Shown here piece by piece: positions 15,980 through 23,476 of a stretch of 24,276 bases of DNA; position 1 is the stretch's first letter, and each line of letters begins with the position of its first letter. The stretch covers positions 1 to 24,276 of the IMG/VR virus record IMGVR_UViG_3300046824_000063. The stretch is one strand, 5' to 3'. Below the pieces are notes generated by a model that saw nothing but the letters and a program-made list of their open reading frames with translations, made no database searches and was not told where the DNA came from. Origin of the DNA: a virus. Lineage: Duplodnaviria > Caudoviricetes. The position numbers and the translations under genes were made by a program.

Positions 15980-16534
15980 ATGTTCTCCCGTATCCGCAGC
16001 TGGTTCCGCCGCTCCCCCCGCCTGGAGATCGTGCGGGGCGACATCACCACCCTGGAAGTCGACGCCATCGTCAACGCCGCCAAGTCGTCCCTGCTGGGTG
16101 GCGGCGGCGTTGACGGCGCCATCCACGAGGCGGCCGGTCCGCAGCTGCTCGAAGAGTGCCTACGCCTGCGCGCCGCCATCTACCCGCACGGCCTGTGCGT
16201 CGGCGAGGCCGCCGTCACCGGCGGCGGCAAGCTCCCCGCCATGTACGTCATCCACACCGTCGGCCCGCACTACCGCAAGGAACCCGATCCGGCCCTGCTG
16301 CGCGCCTGCTACACGAACTCCCTGGCCGCCGCCGACCGGCTGAAAGCCCGCAGCGTCGCGTTCCCGCTGATCTCCTCCGGCGTCTACGCCTGGCCGGTAG
16401 GCGACGCCATCCACCAGGCCATCACCGCCATCCAAGGCGCCCGGACCAGCGTCAGGGACATCAAGCTGGTCACGTTCGACGCGCACACCTACACGCTGGC
16501 CAAGGCCATCCTCGCGGGAAGGCCGGGCCTGTGA
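15980..16534 (+). CDS. macrodomain protein (YmdB/MacroD-type O-acetyl-ADP-ribose deacetylase / ADP-ribosylhydrolase)
   Basis: GDIT..VDAIVNAAKSSLLGGGGVDGAIH.AAG, VIHTVGP, AFPLISSGVY. Confidence 0.93.
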   Translation: MFSRIRSWFRRSPRLEIVRGDITTLEVDAIVNAAKSSLLGGGGVDGAIHEAAGPQLLEECLRLRAAIYPHGLCVGEAAVTGGGKLPAMYVIHTVGPHYRKEPDPALLRACYTNSLAAADRLKARSVAFPLISSGVYAWPVGDAIHQAITAIQGARTSVRDIKLVTFDAHTYTLAKAILAGRPGL

Positions 16535-16839
16535 AGCTGGCAGTCATGTTCGAGGTGCCCGACGGTGTCGACTACGCCGACGTTGCGGCCCGGATGATCG
16601 CCCACCAGGCGTTCGCTGGCGAGCAGAAGATGAAGCACTGGTCGTTCGACCTGGAGATGCGGCCCGTCGCCGTCTTCCAGGTCGACGTCGATCCGGAGCT
16701 GGAGGAGGTCGTCGCTGACGCCCGCCACGAGCTGGACAATGACCACCCGTGGATCCCGGGTGCGATCTTCCGACGAGGGGATCGGGGTGGCCGCCTGAAG
16801 GCCGCGCTGCTGGCGTTCCTCGATACGCTGACGGCCTGA
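16531..16839 (+). CDS. hypothetical protein
   Basis: GTGA overlap with the macrodomain stop; GC3 bias. Confidence 0.7.
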   Translation: MKLAVMFEVPDGVDYADVAARMIAHQAFAGEQKMKHWSFDLEMRPVAVFQVDVDPELEEVVADARHELDNDHPWIPGAIFRRGDRGGRLKAALLAFLDTLTA

Positions 16840-16853
16840 CGGAAAGAAAGCCG

Positions 16854-16904
16854 CAGCCCCTTGCCCTGGCCGGGCAGGGGGCTGTATGCTGTGCGTAGAC
16901 AGAC
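16854..16904 (+). promoter_or_regulatory. hairpin-promoter cassette 2
   Basis: CAGCCCCTTGCCC/GGGCAGGGGGCTG hairpin containing TTGCCC-N18-TATGCT. Confidence 0.7.
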
Positions 16905-16917
16905 CGAGGAGGACACC

Positions 16918-17058
16918 ATGGAGATCATCGCCATCATCATCAGCGTCGTTTCGATCATCGTCTCCGCGCTCACCGCCTACTCCGCCACCGTCCAAGACCG
17001 CCGCATCGCCGAGATGTCCAAGACCGTCCGCCAGGCCGACCGCGACTCCGATCGCTGA
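16918..17058 (+). CDS. small single-pass membrane protein (46 aa)
   Basis: GAGGAGG RBS; MEIIAIIISVVSIIVSALTAY. Confidence 0.75.
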   Translation: MEIIAIIISVVSIIVSALTAYSATVQDRRIAEMSKTVRQADRDSDR

Positions 17059-17105
17059 CCACCGCGCGCATACAACGGCCGGGCTGACCACCTACGATGG
17101 TGGCC

Positions 17106-17405
17106 ATGCCCGGCCTTTCTGTCGTATACGCGATCCACCTACTGGCATTCGCCCGGCTCGTCGTCCTGCTCACCAGCGACGTCATCACCGAGCCTCCCCG
17201 CGACGCGGTCGTCACCGCCCTGAAGGAGCGAGGCCGCAACCGCCTCGCCTACCTGCTGCTGTGCCCCTGGTGCATCAGCGTCTGGCTGGCTATTCCCGCC
17301 GCCCCGATCATCTACGCTTACGGCGATTCGCCGTGGCTGTTCGTGCCCGCACTCGCGCTGGCCTTGTCCGCTGCGGCCGGGGCACTTGCCCGTGTGAAGG
17401 GGTGA
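17106..17405 (+). CDS. DUF1360-like membrane protein
   Basis: RL..LLTSDVITEPPR...LLCPWCISVW; probably leaderless (TACGAT 7 nt before the ATG). Confidence 0.75.
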   Translation: MPGLSVVYAIHLLAFARLVVLLTSDVITEPPRDAVVTALKERGRNRLAYLLLCPWCISVWLAIPAAPIIYAYGDSPWLFVPALALALSAAAGALARVKG

Positions 17406-17409
17406 CCGA

Positions 17410-19341
17410 GTGGGACTGCTGAGCAAGCGTAGGACCGTCCCGGCCGGAGGCACTGATGGCCCCGGCTCGCGCCCGGCCAACGCGCTGATCGGCGCCGCCG
17501 TCCCCATCAAGCTCGACGACGCCGCGTCGTGGCAGATGTTCAAGCTCGGCGACCACCGCTGGCAGCACGAAGCATGGCGACACTATGACATCTGCGGGGA
17601 GATGCGGTTCGTCGTCAACTGGATGGGCAACGCCGTCTCCCGCTGCCGCATGTACGCCGCGTCGGTCTCGTCGGACGGCACCGTCGGCAGCGAGGTCGAC
17701 GACGAGAAGGTCCGCGCCATCGCGGAGACCATGTTCGGCACGCCCGCCTCCAAGGCGCAGGCGCAGCGCCTGATGGCCATCAACATGATGGTTGCCGGGG
17801 ACGTGTTCATCGTCGCGGAAGGCTACGAGGCTGCCTCTGAGGACGCGGACAAGTGGTACGTCTGCTCGTCGTCGGAGATCACCCGGCGCGGCGACGACAT
17901 CATGGTCCGCCGGTCGATCACCCACGGCGGCGGCACGTACAAGCTGGACCCGAAGAAAGACCTCCTGATCAGGGCGTGGAACCCGCACCCCCGCCGGTAC
18001 GATGCCGCCGACTCGACCGTCCGGGCGATCCTGCCCGTGCTGCGTGAGCTGGAGCAGTGCACGAAGCGCGTCTTCGCCGAGCTGGACTCCCGCCTGGCCG
18101 GTGCCGGGATCCTGCTGCTGCCGGACTCCATCGCGTTCCCGTCCGCCCCCGGCGAGGTGCCCGGCGACTCCCGACAGTCGGGCATCGACGGGTTCGCGCA
18201 GCTGCTTCAGAAGACGATGGCGACGTCGTTGCAGCAGCGTGACAGTGCTGCCGCCCTGGTCCCGATCATCTTGCAGGTCGCGACTGAGGCCCTCGACAAG
18301 ATCAAACACCTGACGTTCGACTCGCAGATCTCCGACAAGGTCGTCGAGATGCGCAAGGCGGCCGTCGAACGGATGGCGATGTCGCTGGACATCCCGCCCG
18401 AGGTGCTGACCGGCATGGGCGACTCCAACCACTGGTCGGCGTGGGCCATCGAAGAGTCGTCGATCAAGATCCATATCGAGCCGCTGCTGATCCAGCTCGC
18501 CGACGCCCTCAACGTCGGCTACTTCCAGCCCGCCCTGAAGACCGCAGGCGTCGCCAACCCGGAGAAGTACACCCTCTGGTTCGACATCGCCGCCCTCACC
18601 GTCCGCTCCAACCGCTCGGAGCAGGCCCTCCAGTACTCGGAGAAGGGCCTCATCAGCGACAAGGCCGCCCGCGACAACGGCGCCTTCACCGACGACGACG
18701 CCCCCGACGACAAGGAAGTCGTCTACGGCCTGGTCAAGGCACTCGTCCTGGCCAACCCGGCGTACGCCACCGACCCTGAGGTGCAGAAGGTTCTCGGCCT
18801 CCCGCCGATCAAGTCCCAGGAGCCCGGCGCCCCGCCCGGGGACCTGATGCCCGGCGACCCCGGCTACGACGAAGCAGGCGCAGACCCGGCTGACGCTGGT
18901 GCGCGTGGCCTGCCGCAGTTCCCGTCCGTGGAGGACGCCGTCCAGGGCAAGGTCGGCGGCGGCGGCAAGCTCGGCGCCCTCGCTGCGTCCGCCCGCGCCC
19001 AGGGGGGCGACCCCCTGTTCTATGCCGCCGACTCGGCGATGCGCCGGGCATTGGAGCTGGCCGGGGGCCGTCTCGTGCCCGGCCCGGCCCGCGCCCGCCA
19101 CCAGGTCCCGAAGCACGAACTGCACACCCGTGTCATCGCCGACCGGACCCGAGTCCCGTCGCTGCTGGCCGGGGCGTGGACGCACGTCCGGGAGCAGGCC
19201 ACAGAGCTGGGCGTCGACCCTGACGTCCTGGAGTCGGTGCTCAGCAGCTACGCGACTGAACTGTTGACGCGCGGCGTCGCCCACGAGCCGGAGTTCCTGC
19301 GCTCGATGCTGCGCGAGACCCGAGGAGAACTCGTCTCATGA
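17410..19341 (+). CDS. portal protein
   Basis: WQHEAWRHYDICGE..F...W..NAVSR and LDIPPEVLTG...NHWSAW.IEE...HIEP motifs of actinophage portals; upstream of MuF. Confidence 0.85.
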   Translation: MGLLSKRRTVPAGGTDGPGSRPANALIGAAVPIKLDDAASWQMFKLGDHRWQHEAWRHYDICGEMRFVVNWMGNAVSRCRMYAASVSSDGTVGSEVDDEKVRAIAETMFGTPASKAQAQRLMAINMMVAGDVFIVAEGYEAASEDADKWYVCSSSEITRRGDDIMVRRSITHGGGTYKLDPKKDLLIRAWNPHPRRYDAADSTVRAILPVLRELEQCTKRVFAELDSRLAGAGILLLPDSIAFPSAPGEVPGDSRQSGIDGFAQLLQKTMATSLQQRDSAAALVPIILQVATEALDKIKHLTFDSQISDKVVEMRKAAVERMAMSLDIPPEVLTGMGDSNHWSAWAIEESSIKIHIEPLLIQLADALNVGYFQPALKTAGVANPEKYTLWFDIAALTVRSNRSEQALQYSEKGLISDKAARDNGAFTDDDAPDDKEVVYGLVKALVLANPAYATDPEVQKVLGLPPIKSQEPGAPPGDLMPGDPGYDEAGADPADAGARGLPQFPSVEDAVQGKVGGGGKLGALAASARAQGGDPLFYAADSAMRRALELAGGRLVPGPARARHQVPKHELHTRVIADRTRVPSLLAGAWTHVREQATELGVDPDVLESVLSSYATELLTRGVAHEPEFLRSMLRETRGELVS

Positions 19342-19604
19342 TCGATCCCCGAGTGTGCAACGAGGTCGGTCCCCACCTCTGCCTGGGGCTGGGCTGGCAC
19401 GCCGACCACCAGGCCAAGATCGAAAATGACACGGTGATGCAGCCCGGCCAGCCCCGATTCCGGGTTGGCAACCACCAGCCGCAGAACATCTACGACGGCG
19501 ACAAGTACATCGGCGTGATGTTCTCGGCGCCGCATGCCGCCCGGGTGGTCGCCGCCCTCAACGACACCGAGGCCCGCTTCACCGCCGAGCGGTGGCCGAC
19601 GTGA
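19338..19604 (+). CDS. hypothetical protein
   Basis: ATGA overlap, GAGGAG RBS. Confidence 0.7.
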   Translation: MIDPRVCNEVGPHLCLGLGWHADHQAKIENDTVMQPGQPRFRVGNHQPQNIYDGDKYIGVMFSAPHAARVVAALNDTEARFTAERWPT

Positions 19605-19774
19605 TCGGCGAGATGATGCGGAGAGTGACGAATGAAGATCATTCTTGCCCGATCCCCCGGGCTGGTACCCCAATCCAGTCACGCAGCGTGGCATTCGGGT
19701 GTTAGGTGTCCTGCTGTCCCGCCGCCGCAGGGACCGCCGACGGCGCCTGGCAGCCGCACTCGCGGAGGTGAGAC

Positions 19775-19954
19775 GTGCTAGCCGAACAGATCACCGCGAT
19801 AGCGCGGTTTGCTGAGGCCGTCAGCAAGCTGAAGAGGGCGCAGGACCGGCGCGACGGGGTCACCCTGACCGTCGCCGAGGTGGACGGGCTCATCTGGGGA
19901 ATCAAGACGCTGAGGGAAGGTAGCGAAGATGCCGCAGCCAGCGACCCTGCCTAA
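19775..19954 (+). CDS. small hypothetical protein (59 aa; not in ORF track)
   Basis: GGAGGTGA RBS, GTG start, VLAEQITAIARFAEAV... Confidence 0.55.
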   Translation: MLAEQITAIARFAEAVSKLKRAQDRRDGVTLTVAEVDGLIWGIKTLREGSEDAAASDPA

Positions 19955-21332
19955 CGCCGCCGCGCAGCAGCAGGCGGCCGTGGCGGTCTTCGCCCAGTAT
20001 GAGCCGCCCCTGTATGAGGCGTACCTGGACATGATGCTGGAGTGGCTTGCCGCCGTCCGCGTCGCGATGTTTGCCGGTGGTGTTGCCCGCCTGGCGCTCG
20101 TGCCCGACCCGATGAAGGTCTTCTCGCAGGGGCCGAAGTGGGCGGCCCTCACCGCGAAGTACTCGGCGAAGGTCGCGGAGGAGGTGCTTGCCGCCCCGTA
20201 CCGCGATCTGTTTGCGGACGGTGCCCTGTTCGATTCGCGGCCGTTCGTGCGCAACTGGATCGCCGACACCGACAACCGGCTCCGGGCTGTCCCCGATGAG
20301 GTCTTCGGCCTGGTCTCCCACATCATTGACTCGGCAACTACCAACGGGGCGAGCATCCCCGACGTGCAGGACCAGATCGAACAGCTGTTCGGAGACACCG
20401 GCGTGCAGCGGTGGAAGAACCGGGCACGGACTGTCGCGCGGACCGAGGTCGTCGGCGCCTACAACGGCGGTCTGCACGACGCGTTCTCGATGATCGTCGA
20501 CAACGACGACTCCGGCACGAAGTACGTGCACCGGTGGCTGGCCACCGAAGACCAGCGGACCCGTCCCGACCACCGCGAGGCCGACGGCCAGGTGCAGCCG
20601 TGGGGCACCCCGTTCCGGCTCGGCCCCGAAGGCGTCGTGCTGATGATGCACCCGCACGCCGCCGGGGCGCCCGCCGACCAGGTGGTCAACTGCCGGTGTG
20701 TCGAGCTGATGGAGATCGAAAACGAGCCCACACCGATGGGCAACCGCCAGTACAAGACGCCGTCGCTACGCGCCTCGATCACCCTCATGCAGGAGGTGTG
20801 CACCGACGGCCAGTTCTGCAAGCTCACCCACAAGCCTGGCCTGTGCAAGGGGCAGAAGCGTGGCGGCACCGAACCCGACTACCAGGACGCCACGAAGAAG
20901 ACCCCCGCGCAGGTCGCTCAGACGGCCGTCACCGGCCTGGAGAAGGCCATCCAGCAGGCGGCAGCTGTCGCCGCGCAGAACCCCGGAAACCCGAAGCTGG
21001 CCGCCATGGCACGCAAGGCCATCTCCGGCTACAAGCGCGCCCTCGCCCCGCACAAGCAGAAGCTGAAGGATGCCACCCGCGAGAACGACCAGGCGAAGCG
21101 GACCGGCGTGCAGGACACCAACCAGCAGGACACCCTGGACCGCCGTGCAGCCCGCCACAAGGACACCCTGAAGCGCCGCGCGCAGCGGATCCTGGAACGC
21201 CGCGCAGAGAAGGCGAAGCTCGCCAAGATGTCGCCGAAGGAGCGCACCGCCTACCACAAGGCCAAGGCGGCGGCGGCAGCGAAGAAGCGTAAGCACGAGG
21301 AGAACAAGACCTTGAGAGAAGCCAGCAAGTGA
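19929..21332 (+). CDS. MuF-like minor head protein with Cys/His motif and basic C-terminal extension
   Basis: RARTVARTE, WLATEDQRTRPDH..ADGQ, HP......VNCRC. Confidence 0.9.
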   Translation: MPQPATLPNAAAQQQAAVAVFAQYEPPLYEAYLDMMLEWLAAVRVAMFAGGVARLALVPDPMKVFSQGPKWAALTAKYSAKVAEEVLAAPYRDLFADGALFDSRPFVRNWIADTDNRLRAVPDEVFGLVSHIIDSATTNGASIPDVQDQIEQLFGDTGVQRWKNRARTVARTEVVGAYNGGLHDAFSMIVDNDDSGTKYVHRWLATEDQRTRPDHREADGQVQPWGTPFRLGPEGVVLMMHPHAAGAPADQVVNCRCVELMEIENEPTPMGNRQYKTPSLRASITLMQEVCTDGQFCKLTHKPGLCKGQKRGGTEPDYQDATKKTPAQVAQTAVTGLEKAIQQAAAVAAQNPGNPKLAAMARKAISGYKRALAPHKQKLKDATRENDQAKRTGVQDTNQQDTLDRRAARHKDTLKRRAQRILERRAEKAKLAKMSPKERTAYHKAKAAAAAKKRKHEENKTLREASK

Positions 21333-22015
21333 CCCCGTTCGTGGCCATCGTCCCTTCTCGCGGACGGCCTGAGGCTGTCCGCGAGGTGGTCACCGCCTTC
21401 TACCAGACGTGCACCGCCAACACGAAGCTTGTCGTCGCCGTCGACTCCGACGACCCGATGCTCGACGGATACGAGACCTTCACCAGGACCGAGCCGAACG
21501 CGGAACTGTTCGTCGCCCCGGCCCCCTCGACGATGGTCGCCACCCTGAACGCCGCCGCCGTGCACTACGCGCCGACCGCGCGCGCCCTAGGCTTCCTCGG
21601 CGACGACCACCGGCCCCGCACCCCCGGCTGGGACGGCAACTACCTGCGCGCCCTGGCCAAGCTCGGCACCGGTCTCGTCTACGGCGACGACCTCCTCCAG
21701 CACGAGCGGATCCCCACCCAGGTCGCGATGACCTCCGACATCGTGCTCGCGCTCGGGCACATGGCCCCGGCGTGCCTGACCCACCTGTTCGTCGACAATT
21801 ACTGGCTCGACCTGGGCAAGGGTGCCGACTGCATCACCTACCTGGCGGACACGGTTGTCGAGCACGTCCACCCGTTCGCGGGAAAGGCGCAGATGGACGA
21901 CGGGTATGTGCGTGTCAACGATCCGAGGATGTATGCCCGGGACAGTCAGGCGTACGGGGACTATGCTTCCCGTCACCTGATGGCCGACATCCAGAAAGTG
22001 AAGGCGTTGCGATGA
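21329..22015 (+). CDS. GT-A fold (family 2-like) glycosyltransferase
   Basis: IVPSRGRP, VAVDSDD, FLGDDH, LFVDN, VEHVHP. Confidence 0.85.
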   Translation: MTPFVAIVPSRGRPEAVREVVTAFYQTCTANTKLVVAVDSDDPMLDGYETFTRTEPNAELFVAPAPSTMVATLNAAAVHYAPTARALGFLGDDHRPRTPGWDGNYLRALAKLGTGLVYGDDLLQHERIPTQVAMTSDIVLALGHMAPACLTHLFVDNYWLDLGKGADCITYLADTVVEHVHPFAGKAQMDDGYVRVNDPRMYARDSQAYGDYASRHLMADIQKVKALR

Positions 22016-22575
22016 TGCGCAAGCGGCTACGGCCGATGCCCACGGAGCACGAGCTGGCGCAGATGTACAAGATCCCGCACGACCACCGCCGCTGGGAAGA
22101 CCACCTGTTCCGGGTCGACGTCACCTCGGCCGTCGCTGGGCTGCTGATGCCCCAGGGGGGCCGCGTCGCCGACCTGTCCTGCGGCAACGGCCTCATCCTC
22201 CAGCGGTTGCAGGCGTCCCACGGCGCCCGCGCGGTCTTCGGCGACTTCGCCCCCGGCTACGAGCACACCGGCCCGATCGAACAGACGATCGAAGACATCG
22301 GCCATGTGGACCTGTTCATCTGCTCGGAGACGATCGAGCACCTCGACGACCCCGACGCCGTCCTCGCCCGGATCCGGGAGAAGACCGACCGGCTGATCCT
22401 GTCGACGCCTGACGGTGAGGACGACGACAGCAACCCTGAGCACGTGTGGGGTTGGGATTCCGAAGCGGTGGAGAAGATGCTCCGCAACGCGGGCTTCACC
22501 CCGGGCGTGCACACCACCGTCGACACCCGGCCGACCGTCGGCATCTACGCCTACCAGATCTGGGCGTGCCTGTGA
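22012..22575 (+). CDS. class I SAM-dependent methyltransferase
   Basis: VADLSCGNG, DLFICSETIEHLDDP, ILSTP, NPEHV. Confidence 0.88.
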   Translation: MMRKRLRPMPTEHELAQMYKIPHDHRRWEDHLFRVDVTSAVAGLLMPQGGRVADLSCGNGLILQRLQASHGARAVFGDFAPGYEHTGPIEQTIEDIGHVDLFICSETIEHLDDPDAVLARIREKTDRLILSTPDGEDDDSNPEHVWGWDSEAVEKMLRNAGFTPGVHTTVDTRPTVGIYAYQIWACL

Positions 22576-23441
22576 GGGCGCTGGTCACGGGCTGCTCCGG
22601 CTTCGTCGGACGCCACGTGATGGAACGCCTCGACCTGATGGGCTGGGACACGGCCGGACTCGACATCGCTGACGGGTTCGACGCCCTCGCCTACTTCCGT
22701 CAGGGCACCTCCCAGTACGACCTGATCGTGCACGCCGCCGCCAGCGCGCCGCACCGCGTCGCCATCGACAGCCAGCCGCAGCACTTCGCCCGGAACCTCC
22801 AGCTGGACTCGGCCATGTTCGAGTGGGCCGTACGGACCGGGCAGGGCCGCGTCCTGTACCTATCCAGTTCGGCCGCCTACCCGATCAGGTATCAGCTTCG
22901 CCCCGGCCTCCTGGAGCCGCTGTACGAAGAGATGGTGGACCTCGACGACGCCGACGAGCCCGACGCCGTCTACGGGTGGGCTAAGCTCACCGGCGAGCGC
23001 TTGGCCGCCGAAGCCCGCAAGGCTGGCCTGCCCGTCACCGTGGTCCGGCCGTTCTCCGGCTACGGCGAGGACCAGTCGACGGACTTCCCGTTCCGGGCCA
23101 TCCTCGACCGGGTGATCCGCCGCGAGAACCCGCTGACGGTGTGGGGTACGGGGACGCAGGTCCGCGACTGGATCCACATCGACGACGTGGTGTCCGGGAT
23201 GCTGGCCGTTGCCGAGTCGGGCACGACCGAGCCGGTCAACCTGTGCACGGGCGTGGGGACGACGATGTCCGAGCTGGCGCAGCTCGCCGCCCAGGTGGCG
23301 GGTTACTCGCCGACGATCGAGACCCTGCCCGACAAGCCTGCGGGGGTCGACTACCGGATTGGTGATCCGACCCGCTTCCACGGGATCTACACGCCGAAGG
23401 TGACGTTGGAGCAGGGGGTTATCCGCGCTCTGCGTGTCTAG
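22572..23441 (+). CDS. NAD-dependent NDP-sugar epimerase/dehydratase (extended SDR)
   Basis: LVTGCSGFVG, YLSSSAAY, YGWAK, RPFSGYG, RDWIHIDD. Confidence 0.93.
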   Translation: MRALVTGCSGFVGRHVMERLDLMGWDTAGLDIADGFDALAYFRQGTSQYDLIVHAAASAPHRVAIDSQPQHFARNLQLDSAMFEWAVRTGQGRVLYLSSSAAYPIRYQLRPGLLEPLYEEMVDLDDADEPDAVYGWAKLTGERLAAEARKAGLPVTVVRPFSGYGEDQSTDFPFRAILDRVIRRENPLTVWGTGTQVRDWIHIDDVVSGMLAVAESGTTEPVNLCTGVGTTMSELAQLAAQVAGYSPTIETLPDKPAGVDYRIGDPTRFHGIYTPKVTLEQGVIRALRV

Positions 23442-23476
23442 CCTTCAAGATCGAAAACAACCGGTATGCTCACGGA

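Noticed and set aside
7752-19284. Long antisense ORFs (e.g. 7752-9308, 8530-10029, 13239-14603, 17308-19284)
   Set aside because: Shadow frames of high-GC genes; no motifs or RBS, and they overlap clearly identified genes on the other strand
19601-19790. Small ORF between 19604 and 19775
   Set aside because: Three competing short frames; none can be chosen with confidence
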